DNA of 63,028 bases, the filler included, from Lenisia limosa (lineage: Eukaryota > Protista > Breviatea), in assembly GCA_001655205.1 (NCBI GenBank). It is 9 parts of 9 records of this genome, joined end to end, with 100 filler letters (N's around TTAATTAATTAA, not from the genome) between each part and the next. Parts side by side here need not be neighbours in the genome. Positions count along the whole stretch, not along the records: positions 20,522 to 27,465 come from LPNZ01010597.1; positions 27,566 to 49,248 come from LPNZ01007066.1; 7 more parts are not named here. One strand, 5' to 3'. Numbering within the stretch: the first letter of the stretch is position 1; each line of letters opens with the position of its first letter. Positions 22,702 through 35,299 of the stretch are shown here, piece after piece. Both the position numbers and the translations under genes were made by a program. The notes under the pieces are model-generated. The model was not told the origin of the DNA, did not search any database, and worked only from the letters and a program-made list of their open reading frames with translations.

Positions 22702-25677
22702 ATGGGTATTGCTACATTAAACGACTATCGCGACAACAACTCTGATGATGGAGAAGAAGGAGGAAAGCCCCAAGAATGGTTTACAGGTGGCACATCAAGG
22801 TGGGGGAGAGGGTGGACCATTGCCAACCACCATCATTATCTAACATATCATCAGCACCTCCCTCCCGCTGACCCGTTCTTATCACCACATCTCACAGACC
22901 CCTCCTTACTTGCTCCCTTTGCAATACTGAATAGTTTTAGCTCATTTTGTTCTTCACTTATTGCCAATCTATATGACTCTTTAGTGGAACTAATGTGAGG
23001 GACCCGAATAAAATGGTAGACGACCTCCTTTCTGCTGCTCGAAAGTTTGAGGAGTTTTTTTAGAGTTTGTTTTTGTACGTGTTTTGTTGTTTCACTGAAA
23101 CGACCAAATATCAAGATTAATCCCCTCCATTTTAAGCCTAATTGGGCAATATTGCTATTTTTCAAAGAAGTAATACTCTGTGAGGTGGAAGAATGCACAC
23201 TAATTAAATAGGAATACAATCAAGGTGCTACCATGTTGAACGGTGCTCAACCAGTTCAGATTATATTTTGTTGCATCTCTCACTGCATGTAGTAGCCCCA
23301 ATCCAGGACTTCCACCTCAGGACGAAGCCCCTGCTGATACATGGGGAAGTGGTGGGGGGGGGGGGNNNNNNNNNNNNNNNNNNNNNNNNNNNNNNNNNNN
23401 NNNNNNNNNNNNNNNNNNNNNNNNNNNNNNNNNNNNNNNNNNNNNNNNNNNNNNNNNNNNNNNNNNNNNNNNNNNNNNNNNNNNNNNNNNNNNNNNNNNN
23501 NNNNNNNNNNNNNNNNNNNNNNAGCAGCCCTCAGCAGACACAGAAAAAGAAAAACGTGGGGAGGGGGGTTGTCGTTGGTCATGAACTTAAACTTGAACTG
23601 TAATGGAATATCTAACGGGGAAATAATAATTGTATTCCCATGAAACTGGGTTTCTGACACCGGCAAGGAATGATAATCCATTCTAAATCTAAGTGAACTC
23701 ACCCGTTCAGTAGAACAAACATTTATTTAAATATAAGTGGACGAGGGCTTCTCTTCTATTCGAAAAATAACTGAATTTCTCGATAAATCCTCGAAAATTC
23801 TCGATATTTTACCGGTATTTTTCGAACCGAAGTGAAGCCCTAACATGGACATAGATAATTTCTTTGACCAGATACAATCTGTCGTATTTCTCATCTACAT
23901 ATGAAATTATGTTTACTCTGTGGTTTTTCACCATACTTAGATTACTGTTACGTTTTGGAAGAACGGGTTTTCCGTTGATGATGGTGGGGGAAATCATAGA
24001 GATAGGTTATTAATAATTTTTTGTGTTTCAGTAAAAAGAGTTTATTATGGACTTTTTTTTTCATAAATTGTCCATTTTTATTCAGGACAGGCCCTCTGAG
24101 GCTCATGGATGACCCTCAAAACCAGCAATTCATTCAGGATGTAACCAATGGGTGGGTGGCGGGAGCATTTTGGAATATGAAATTATTATATAATTAATAA
24201 TATGTGAAAATGACTACAGACGTCTTCAAAAATATAACACGTTATTTTTTACTATGCTAAATTTGACGGTTGTAGTGATGTTCCATTAGAACTTCATAGC
24301 ATGATGCAAGGAGCGAATGGTCCCCTCCACGTGGCACTCGAGGTCAAACAAGACGAAGTGTACAAGGCCCCTCCAGTGAAGGTGAGACGTACAGTGTTCC
24401 TAACGTTCAAGACTTTTGGCGGCTCAGCCAATACCCTCGGGTCCTCGCCTGTTGTCGAATCCCGGCACGTTGGCGGCACTGTAGCCCCCATCATAGTGGG
24501 GGGCTGGGCTTCCGTACGGTCCGAAAAAGACCGATACAATTGCGATAGTTTTCTAGGATTTATCTAGAATTGTCTTTTTTTGGGACTGTAGGGAAGCCCT
24601 CGTGGTGATGTTTTTGTTTTGTTTGAACACCAGCAGGTGAAAGGTTCTCTGTAGCAAAATATGCAAACGTATGTATATTTATTGAAAATTCAGAAAATGC
24701 CGTTGTGAGTTTTTTTAACGCAGTTCATCACTGCTTCAGCTTGATCCCTCCTTGAAATCCGGGGCAATTCAAGTTAGACTTCCAGACGGAAAACGGTTTT
24801 CGGGAAGGGGGGGTCTTATGTCAATTTGCATCTTCCATATTGTAGTTTATAAAATGTGATTTGGTGATTTATGATGATCGTTTGTTATTTTCAACCCTTG
24901 CGTATTTGGGGTCATCGGCACATGTCAAGCTGTCCCCTAACCTGCCCTACCAAGCAAAACAATCCTTATAATACATGTACAAATATCACATGTATATGTA
25001 TGTATAATATGTACTTAGACATATGAAATGACACGGTTTGAGATATAATATGATACGTTATAATGTGAAAATCGTATCATGTAAACTGTCATTTTTAATC
25101 CCCCAGGATATCCATCGAGGATTGCCTGAGTTATACTGCGTTATACTCACCCCCCCCCCCTAGGATAGTTATCAAGGCCAATGNNNNNNNNNNNNNNNNN
25201 NNNNNNNNNNNNNNNNNNNNNNNNNNNNNNNNNNNNNNNNNNNCACTTGCGATTCAGTTTGAGCGCCCCGATATTCAGAGTGTCACGCTTCAAACTGCCG
25301 CGCCCCCCAGGTTTGAATATATTTATATTTAGTTGGCTATTCTCACTCATTACAATTAGTTGAATCAAATTCACATTTTTAAATCAAAACAACAATGTGA
25401 CTTTCACTTCAAATGTTGTCTGTTAAAATCATTAAATTAATTGCACGTAGGTTAACATTTTACACAAATTACCAATATTATTTTTTTTCACTAGAGATTC
25501 ACCTTCGGTTCCAAAAGCCGTGTGGAATATTGATATTTACTGATGAATTATCGGCAATTCAGTTTTGTTGGAACCAAAATGAAAACTCTATCTTTCACCC
25601 TATCCAGACGTACCCTTGACAACGCGCAAACAGTGAAAGAAGCGGGCATTCTTGGTGCTGCCGTGATGATGAGATAG
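22702..25677 (+). CDS. NSFL1C: p47/Shp1/UBXN2 family p97 cofactor (SEP, SHP box, UBX; no UBA domain seen)
   Basis: MGIATLNDY..QEWFTGG; SEP ITVTFWKNGFSVDDGPLRLMDDPQNQQFIQDV; SHP TFGGSANTLG; UBX AIQVRLPDGKR ... TVKEAGILGAAVMMR* (TAG 25675-25677). Confidence 0.9.
23743..23842. mobile_element. MITE M1
   Basis: TSD aagtggac/acatggac. Confidence 0.85.
24504..24601. mobile_element. MITE M1, CCTAC-type TIR
   Basis: GGGCTTCCGTACGGTCC..GGACTGTAGGGAAGCCC; flanks gtgggggg/gtggtgat. Confidence 0.8.
25492..25590. mobile_element. MITE M1, diverged
   Basis: TAGAGATTCACCTTCGGTTCC..GGAACCAAAATGAAAACTCTA; TSD tttttcac/tctttcac. Confidence 0.75.
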
Positions 25678-25999
25678 CGTAATTTGAGAGCCACTAATGC
25701 AACACTTTTCTTTTCGTTTGACATTCAATTTGCTTCCTGGAGACGGATGGTGTATGATGTAACGGAAGTGCCAATCCTTAATCATGATGGAAATTGTCTA
25801 ATATTATTTAATATCGCAGCTTCGGTCATAAGTACCTTGTCGTACAATTGTTGTATATCAATTGGATAACAATGTGGTTTGTAAGTACATGTAACTAATG
25901 CAACTAATATTATATAATCAGTATGTTCCTATATCAGCTCCTTGCCTCTTCCTTTGTTATATAGTTGAATATTACTAGACAATTAGAACTCTATATTTA

Positions 26000-27200
26000 T
26001 TTGAGGTGGTGAAGGAGGACAGCTGCTCAAGATACTCAAAAACTGTCAAGATTTCGTTTGTAAAAAAAGCCAACAGGTCTGTTTTGCTTGATTCCCTCCT
26101 TAAAAGCATACTTTCTGAGTGGCGATGTTAAATTAGAGATTTATAGACCGACATATGCAGTATTTGATTGTTCAATGCCAAGTTTCACAGATAATCACAA
26201 CATGATTCATCTCACCCAGTATGCCAATCGTCGCATGTTTTACCTTGCTCCCTTCCCAACTGTCACTACTACTCCATCATTATGTAGCTTAATTTTATGA
26301 GATATTATTCATTCTCCAGCTTTGATTCAGCGCAACAATGGCGGGTCCCCGCAATAGGAAAATCNNNNNNNNNNNNNNNNNNNNNNNNNNNNNNNNNNNN
26401 NNNNNNNNNNNNNNNNNNNNNNNNNNNNNNNNNNNNNNTTTGAAACATCTTAAAATTGTATTTTTTTCGGTTGTGGTGAGGAGTAGCGACATTTGAACAT
26501 GAATGAAAAAATAGTCTGTTCAGTCTGTTTTTTCCGTTTTAATGTATTTTCATTCCTGTATTCCATGAATTATTGACCCTTAAGGAGCTGCATCGACCCA
26601 TAATCGCCCAGCTTATTCAACAGTAAGCTAATATCTTTTTAATTGCTCAACCGGGGTTATTTCAGTTCATTTTCTTTAATTTTACGCTGTTCAAGTCAGC
26701 TGACCAATTTCAAATCCCGAATTTACGTTACATTTTTCAACTTGCCTTTGGTGAACAATATTTTCGAGCAAAAGTTAACAGTAAATTTAAGGATAGATGG
26801 CAAAATGACGAAATTATACTTCTGTTTATGATTTAGTCACTTTTATTTGTGCCGTGAATTGTGGGGTGTCTGGAGAACTGCATGATGGTGAGCGATGTAT
26901 TCCGATTTAGTGTACATTCATTTCGGCGCATCAACTTGAGATATAACCTTGTATTATCTGGGAATCAACAAATTACTCAAATTTCCTTAAAATTCAATGG
27001 GATTCCCATTTCAAATATGGGAATTCAATCGTGTTTACAAGAATCCCGAGTTGTAATTTTGTGGCACTAAAGTAAATTGCCATAATTTGACATTGTCTGA
27101 AAGGCTTCATTTGTCAATTGCGCCAGTATTGATGGTATTGAGGGTTTGTATACCTGCAATCTTTCACTCAACACCATTGGGTTTCTATGATACTTATTTA
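26000..27200 (+). CDS. Possible uncharacterised spliced gene
   Basis: Short AG..GT-bounded blocks (e.g. ELHRPIIAQLIQQ at ~26586); no homology recognised. Confidence 0.2.
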
Positions 27201-27861
27201 CATGTTGAGTTTCTAAAAGTATGATAACACGTCTAATCTGTGGTAACTTACTTAGGCGTTAACTACCTGTACAACAACAGAGAAGTTGCTATTTGGAACC
27301 CCTCAGCGATTATGCCAATTTACGTACTTAATAACATGTTAATTGAGTATCTGTTCTGAGCATGGTGTTATGGTTTTACGGTATGTGGTAATATACTTTT
27401 TGAGGCTCTCAAACAAATCTGCTATTGCTTGCACCCCCTTCCACTTCTATGATTGAGCCACTCGCNNNNNNNNNNNNNNNNNNNNNNNNNNNNNNNNNNN
27501 NNNNNNNNNTTAATTAATTAANNNNNNNNNNNNNNNNNNNNNNNNNNNNNNNNNNNNNNNNNNNNTCTAAACATTGTGAAGGGAAGTTCTATTTGGAACA
27601 ACAGTTTGTTGATTTTTTTTTTTTTTCCCCAGTATTGAACATCAACTTTAGCTCAAAATATATGTCAAAATACTAAAAAGCAAAATTTTTGCAAACAATC
27701 ATTTCCGTAAGGTAAAAAAAAGTCTGTAAAATGGGGGAACAAAAAGCAATACACCACACTAATACAACAAAATTTCAAATATCTACCGACAAGAAAACAA
27801 CAACTCAATATATTCAGTTTTTCGCCACTTTCTTCTTGTATTCAACCCAGATCCATATAGC

Positions 27862-27931
27862 TAGGGCTTCCCTACAGTCCCAAAAAAAGACTGATTTTTA
27901 CCGGTCTTTTTCGGACCGTAGGGAAGCCCCA
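27862..27931. mobile_element. MITE M1, CCTAC-type, 70-bp deletion derivative
   Basis: TSD catatagc/cataaagc. Confidence 0.85.
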
Positions 27932-28265
27932 CATAAAGCCAAAACAGAAAAGAAGCGACTTTGAATATGAGCCAGAACATTGCAAAATGGAATGCTACGG
28001 ACCAAAAAGAATGAGAGAAGCATATAAAAAGAATTAGTATCAGTATGATGGGACAAAGGGAAAAGTTGAACAAGTAGAAACATGCTCAANNNNNNNNNNN
28101 NNNNNNNNNNNNNNNNNNNNNNNNNNNNNNNNNNNNNNNNNNNNNNNNNNNNNNNNNNNNNNNNNNNNNNNNNNNNNNNNNNNNNNNNNNNNNNNNNNNN
28201 NNNNNNNNNNNNNNNNNNNNNGTATTGAGGAGTGATACCAAAACCGATTGACACAGCACACCCAC

Positions 28266-28643
28266 CTTTGCTCTCTTCTTGGAAGCAGCAGTTTGTCTCT
28301 TGGGGCGCTTGCGCTCCTCAGGAACCTCTTCCTCAGCCTCTTCAACCATGGTGGTCTCCTTGGCAATTTCCTCTTTCTTCTCATCTTCTTCCTTCTTCGC
28401 TAAGGCCTCCTTGGCAAGCCTCTCCATCATACTCTTGTTGCGCTTGACAATGTTCTCAACAACTGAAGGTGTAAATTGTAATAGAACCATGAAATTGCGA
28501 TTTATATTCACAATTAAATCAAATAAGGAGTAGGAGGGTACGAGAGGGGCTTTCTATCGACAAATCTCACCGAAGTCATTTGACTTATCTTGCTTCACCC
28601 GACGAAGGAATTTCTGATGATGACTACGTGCTCCTTTTGCCAT
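28266..28643 (-). CDS. LLPH/LAPS18 (yeast YBL028C-like) small basic nucleolar protein, partial
   Basis: Exons 28643->28571 and 28462->28266 splice in frame: MAKGARSHHQKFLRRVKQDKSNDFVVENIVKRNKSMMERLAKEALAKKEEDEKK...; the MAKxxRS start and charge pattern resemble the family. Confidence 0.55.
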
Positions 28644-28833
28644 TTTTACCGATTAAAAGGACTGAGATTTCCAAAAACGAGGTTTTTGAAGGATTGTATA
28701 AATACCACAATTTTGCCTTTATACCTGAAATTATTTTTCAGAGAATCCTCTATTTTTGATTAAAAGAAGGTGTGGGATTGTTTGTTGGTGATATCTTGAG
28801 TTTTTTTATTTCGAGAAACTTATATCCGTCTAG

Positions 28834-31800
28834 ATGCTTCGTCTTGCTTCTAGTTTGAGGACTGTCGGCGTTAATGGTGCCCGTACCTACGCTAAGGGTA
28901 TGAATTAATAAAGTATTTCCACCTCTCCTGACTACACTGATATTATTGTTCGTATCTCATCTTTAGACCTTCGTTTTGGAACTGAAGGCCGTGCTGCCAT
29001 TCTTGCTGGTGTTGACAAACTCGCTGACGCTGTCCAGGTCACCCTTGGTCCCAAGGTAGGGAAACTTTGACGTTTTAAGCGTTTCTTTGAGACTTTTTGG
29101 GTTATTTGTTTTCAATAAAATAATTTCAAATGACAGATAAAGATTCACGGAATGATGTGACTGATCATCATCTTTTAGGGACGCAACGTTATCATCGAGC
29201 AGTCCTACGGCTCCCCCAAGATCACTAAGGATGGTGTTACTGTTGCTAAGTCCATCGAGGTTAGTCTAATGTCCGAATTCTCTTTCCTCACATACCTGTT
29301 CTGTCGTCATATGATATCTTTAGTTTGAGGACAAGTATGAGAACCTTGGAGCCCAGCTTGTTCGCCAAGTTGCTTCCAATGCCAACGAGGCTGCTGGTGA
29401 CGGTACCACCACCGCCACTGTCCTTGCCCGCGCTATCTATTCCGAGGGTTTGCGGGGAGGCGGATAGTTAATGTAGAGTGAAAGGCATATGGCTGGTTCT
29501 GTAACTGTACGCTTCCTTATCAGTATGCTTTTTAAACGTGATGATGAAGAGAACCAGGTTAAACCTTTAAACTCTTTTTCGGGATATTGCATCATCTAAT
29601 ATCGGATACATCTTTGCTATGTTAGCTTACATTCCAGGCTGCAAATCTGTCGCTGCTGGTGTGAACCCCATGGATCTCCGCCGCGGTATGTTGAGTACCT
29701 TTTTCATTTCCATTAGCTCCATTTCGCCAAGCTTTGACATCCCAGGTATCAACACTGCCGTTGACGCTATGGTCAAGGAGCTCAAGAACATCACCAAGCC
29801 CATTGTTTCCTCTGAGGAAATTGCCCAGGTTGGCGCGGTGGAGCTTGTCCTTTTCTTTTTTTATATTTACACCCATGCCAGAACAGCAATATTATTCTTC
29901 TTTCTTAACCCCCAAGGTTGCCACCATTTCAGCCAACGGAGACCACGACATTGGAAGCCTCATCAGCACCGCCATGGACCGTGTCGGCAAGGAGGGTGTC
30001 ATCACTGTCCAGGACGGCAAGACCGTTGACGACGAGCTTGAGGTCATTGAAGGTATCAAAGTATGCAGGTGTACTTTTTATTCATGCCCTTATTCTAATA
30101 TTCCTCTTTTTGTATATTTTGAATTCAATGGAGTGAACGGCTTCGGCCTAAAACTATCTCTTGTTTCTCCTTTCTATATTCTTCTAATTGGGTTTTAGTT
30201 CGACCGTGGCTTCATCTCCCCCTACTTCATCACCGACTCTAAGTCCCAGAAGATCGTGGGGAGGGGGAGATGGAATGGGGTATAGCATGAGTAAAGCATG
30301 ATTTTTGGTTTCCTCTATCCGCGCTGTTTTTATTATAATTATTATTTTATGGACACTCACATAAGCTATTATATTAAAAGTGGTAAAACTTATCTGGTGA
30401 GCTTTGGTTTATTCCTCCAGATCATGGAAGACCCCTCCATCATGATGGTTGAGAAGAAGGTTTCCAACATGCAGTCTATCGTGAACGTTCTTGAGGTTTG
30501 TCCTTCTTTCGTATCTTCATATCAAATTTAATAACAGAGCTATGTCTCTTAACGGGCACTCTTTTTCCAGGCTCACCCCATTTAGAAGGTCATGCAACAA
30601 CGCAAGCCCCTCCTCATCGTTGCTGAGGACGTTGATGGTGAAGCCCTCGCCACTCTCATCCTTAACAAGCTCCGCGGTACCCTCCAGGTCGGTATTGAAT
30701 CAAGTCCTGGTTTGTTGTTGATATTTTCATCTTATCTCTGAGAAATCGATTTACCAACACTCCTCTCGCACTTCAACACTCATCATCCCAATTCCTCACC
30801 CAACCCCCCCCCCCCCAGGTTGNNNNNNNNNNNNNNNNNNNNNNNNNNNNNNNNNNNNNNNNNNNNNNNNNNNNNNNNNNNNNNNNNNNNNNNNNNNNNN
30901 NNNNNNNNNNNNNNNNNNNNNNNNNNNNNNNNNNNNNNNNNNNNNNNNNNNNNNNNNNNNNNNNNNNNNNNNNNNNNNNNNNNNNNNNNNNNNNNNNGAA
31001 GCAACTGTCTTTGGGTGATTCCTCTTCTTGGACTGTGTATTGGTGCGTTTTAACCTTACGCCCCCAGGTTGCCTCCGAGGACGCTGGTCTTCCCCTCGAA
31101 GAGATGGACACCCTCCACCTCGGTACCTGCAAGAAGGTCATCATCACCAAGGACGACACTCTCTTCCTTGAGGGTGCCGGTACGCGGGAAGGGTAGTCAC
31201 ATTTGACGCGTTCCTAGCGGGTGTAGTATTCCTTCTAAGACACAGGATATGTATGATATAATTTTATACCTTTGTTTGAAGGCTACTCTGTCTCATACTA
31301 TCCACGATGAGCTCTAGAAACTTGCTTTCACCTCTTCTAATATCTCAGGATCTCCTGAGGATATCGCTGAGCGTAAGGAACAGCTTCGTGACGCTATTGC
31401 TCTCAGGTTCGCTCCTGTATTTTTTTAATGCCCTCGAGGGTTATCTCTTTATTTTGTCCTCTCATCATCAATGCATAAATTCACATTTTACCCTCCTCAG
31501 CACTTCGGAATACGAGAAGGAGAAGCTCCAGGAGCGTCTCGCCCGCATCTCCGGCGGTGTCGCTGTCATCAAGGTGCGTATTAAGGGAACAATATTTGAT
31601 GTTAATAATAAAGTACCTATTATGGATATTTTGGACAAGATTTAGTAGTGAAGTCAGATTGACTCTTGCAGGTTGGAGGAGCCTCCGAGGTTGAGGTCAA
31701 CGAGAAGAAGGACCGTGTTGACGATGCTCTTTGCGCCACTCGTGCTGCCGTTGAGGAAGGTATGCCCTCCCCCTCCCCGTCCCCGTCCCACCCTTCTTTC

Positions 31801-32693
31801 CTTTATCATCATCAGCTCCTTTTTTTTTTCTCATTGAACACCACCTTGTGATGAATCCGTTAATGGCGTTGCAGGTATTGTTCCCGGTGGTGGAGTTGCC
31901 CTCCTGAGATCCTCCGCTGTTCTCGATGATATCAAATCCGAGGTCTTCGACCGCAACATCGGTAAGCCGTAAAAAAAAATGCGGATCAGAATCAGAGGTG
32001 AAATGATTTCGCCTTTTTAGATTTTCGATCATGGCAATACTGAGAGGAGTGAAAATGTGTTCTATTTTTTTTTTTTTTTTTTTNNNNNNNNNNNNNNNNN
32101 NNNNNNNNNNNNNNNNNNNNNNNNNNNNNNNNNNNNNNNNNNNNNNNNNNNNNNNNNNNNNNNNNNNNNNNNNNNNNNNNNNNNNNNNNNNNNNNCCAAG
32201 ACCATTGCCGCCAACGCCGGCTTCGAGGGCCCCGTTGTCGTCGGCAAGCTCATTGAGTCCGACGACGCTGAGATCGGCTTCAACGCTCAAACTGGCGTGT
32301 ACGTCAACATGGTCAAGGAGGGTATCATTGATCCCACCAAGGTGAGCGGAACACCAGTTTTTTTTTCTCGTTTAACCATGATACGCTGTGCTTGTTTGCT
32401 TTATTGAATGCGATGATGACCCCTCAGGTTGTGAGAACTGCTCTTGTTGATGCTGCTTCCGTGGCTTCTCTCATGGCCACCACTGAGGCCACCATTGTTG
32501 AGGCTCCCCGCAAGGGCGGTGACCGTGAGGGGGAACTTGCAATATTGTTTTGGGCTGTATGCCCACAAATATTTATTCGCATATTGACAATCTTACGGAT
32601 CCAGTTGACCTTGGCGCCATGGCCGGAGGAATGGGCGGCATGGGCGGTATGGGTGGCATGGGTGGCATGGGTGGCATGCCTGGTATGATGTAG
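28834..32693 (+). CDS. HSP60: Mitochondrial chaperonin 60 (Cpn60/HSP60), >=19 exons
   Basis: Presequence [19 protein letters not shown]|AKD; [62 protein letters not shown]-terminal GGM repeats ending TAG 32691-32693. Visible junctions are in frame. Confidence 0.98.
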
Positions 32694-33401
32694 ATTATTT
32701 GACTGCATGTTTTCGTTTTTCTTCCTGTACGTTTGACCACTAATATATGTTTCTTTTTCCCTTCTAAAAGGTGCTGGTTCCCTTAATCGATGAATACCTT
32801 AGAACGTGGTCATAAAAATGGGTAAAAATAGTGGTGTGTATTCGAGATATCATATCATATATAGTGCATGCACATAGTTAACAAAAACCATAGAGAACAA
32901 GTTATTGTATCAATTATATCGAAGGGACACCGTTACTTTTTAATTGTTTCTTTTAGTAATAAAAAGGCAGCCTTCAGCTTGTCCAAGGCGCTTAGACCCG
33001 CGCAAGCGCAGTTCCAAACAGTCAACGAGCAAGGAATCGGGGAAATGGTAAACCGAAGTTAGCCAAATCCGCACGGACACTCCCTGCAGATCTCGTTCTC
33101 ACGCCAAGGACTCAACTCTTCCTCAGACTTGATTGGAGTACCAAAATTAAAAATGATGGTAGATGGAATAACTACTATAGAATATGATCCTAGTAAGTAT
33201 AGTCCGTTAATGACATGATGGAATGACTCCCTTTAAAAATTATAATTTGTGCCCAGTAAAAAATATGGATATACTTATTTGTTTTTTATACATATTTATA
33301 AATGATCTTTGATCTAAAATACCTTGGTCCGGTACCGGCGGTTACAGTTCAGTTCATTTCATTTAAATAAAATCTTCAAAAGTAATTCAATCACTGCAAA
33401 A

Positions 33402-34842
33402 ATGAAGCTCCTTTTCCTTCTTGCATTGATTGCTTTCGCTTTCGCCAACGATGAGATCATCAAGGCCGTCAACCAGGACAACCTCGGTTGGACTGCTGGC
33501 AAAAACCAGTATTTTGAGGTTTGATTGGAATATTTTCTTTGTACTAAACAAATTATTCATAGAAACCTTCTTTTGAATGGATTCCCACATTTTTTTTTCG
33601 AAAGAGATTTTCCGTGTTCATCTTACCCACGTAGGGTATGACCACCGAAGAAATTAAGGCTTCTCTTGGTACTTTCAAGATCGATAACCTTGAGAAATTC
33701 CTTGGCGACAAGGCTGTTAAGACTGAGGTTTGAATGGCTTTCTTGAAGGGGCATTCAGTTTAACACCTCCTAGACTGTTGAGGGACTCCCCAAGTCTTTC
33801 GACCCTCGCTCTGACGCTTGCATCCACCCCGTCCGCAACCAAGCTCAGTATGTATTATAATAACAATGTCCAAAGCTAACCCTCACAGCTGCGGTTCATG
33901 CTGGGCTTTTGCCACCTCTGAGGTTATGTCTGATCGTTTCTGCCTCGCCTCCAAGGGCAAGGTTGACGTCATTCTCTCTCCCCAGGTGTGTAACAATAGC
34001 AATTATACAATTAAAAACAATCACTTTCAGTTATTCATTCAACTTATTGTTTTTTATCTGATCACCTTCAGGCTCTTGTCTCTTGCGACAAGGGTGTTAA
34101 CCAAGGCTGCAACGGCGGTATCCCCCACCTTGCTTTCGACTACGTTGAGCTCCGCGGACTCCCCACTGAGGGCTGCTTCCCCTACGTTTCCGGTGACGGC
34201 CACGAGCCTTCTTGCTCTCACTCGTAAGCCAACTCCCTCGTGTCATTATCACACTCCTTACATTTCAATATGTTTGCTCTTGGAAGGCTATCCTTACCAG
34301 CATAGTTGCGCTGCCCACAACGAGACCCTCCACTACTACCGCGCCAAGGCCTTCAGTGTCCACACCTTCAACAACGAGAAGGCTCTCATGACCGCCCTCA
34401 TGAACGACGGACCCGTTGTCGGTGCCTTCACCGTCTACGAGGACTTCATCGTAAGCCCACTGCCGCTCTTTGGCTGCTTCTTTCGGCAATTTGAATTCAC
34501 TGCTTTAGAGCTACAAGAATGGTATCTACACCCACACCTACGGAAGCCAGCTCGGTGGTCATGCCGTCGAAATGGTATGTAACTTTGCTCTGCTTCCCCC
34601 TTTGTTGTCGTACTCATCCATTCAGGTCGGATGGAGTGAAGAGAACGGCTCTCCCTACTGGATTGTCAAGAACTCCTGGACTAAGACCTGGGGTGAGGAA
34701 GGTTACTTCCGCATTGCCCGTGGTACTTCTGGCACTGGCATTGACACCGGGTGAGAAGGGTTACTTGCTGTCTGTTGTCATATCTGATAATTTTGATTAT
34801 TATTCACCCCTTAGCGCCTGCGCTGCCACCCCCCACCTCTAA
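33402..34842 (+). CDS. Cathepsin B-like cysteine protease (papain C1A), complete, 9 exons
   Basis: Exons 33402-33518, 33635-33727, 33774-33847, 33889-33985, 34072-34223, 34306-34450, 34509-34574, 34626-34750, 34815-34842 splice in frame. Signal peptide, QAHCGSCWAF, GCNGG, GGHAV, KNSW. Confidence 0.97.
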
Positions 34843-35299
34843 GCTCGCGAGACGTGTAGTTTCACGAATAGGGTTTAAATACATGGGCCTTTGAATAATC
34901 CATTGAATCAGATAATAATTCATAATAAATAAACATAAAGCCAGATAAAAACAAAAGAACCATTTACAATAAACTTAAAACATTAGAAGACACGAGGGAC
35001 CTGGGAAGTGAAAGTAAATCCAAAGTAAAACAATAAATCAAATAATGCAACAAACCTTGCAAGGCTTCTTTCTGCAATACAAAGCTTGTCAATGCCGATT
35101 GTTGGAGTGATGTTACGACAGCGTGTGAGAGGAAGACTCTATTTCGTTAGACATATTATTTTGGTGGTAATATATGTAAATGAGGTTTATACAACAACCA
35201 TTTTTGAAAACAAAATCGACACTTTCTTTTGATTCCAGAGGGAAATCAAATCGATACGAGTGGTTTTTTTACTTTATTATTAATAGCAAAAAAAGCGTT

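Noticed and set aside
28834-28897. HSP60 presequence as evidence for a reduced mitochondrion-related organelle
   Set aside because: The ~19-aa leader has a conventional Arg-rich R-x-Y|A form and does not distinguish aerobic mitochondria from MROs.
31697-32290. 197-aa antisense ORF
   Set aside because: Shadow of codon-biased HSP60 exons read through introns and N gaps.
32960-33130. Possible snRNA or other ncRNA in a GC-richer patch between HSP60 and cathepsin
   Set aside because: No U1/U2/U4/U5/U6, SRP or RNase P signature recognised; needs an Infernal scan.
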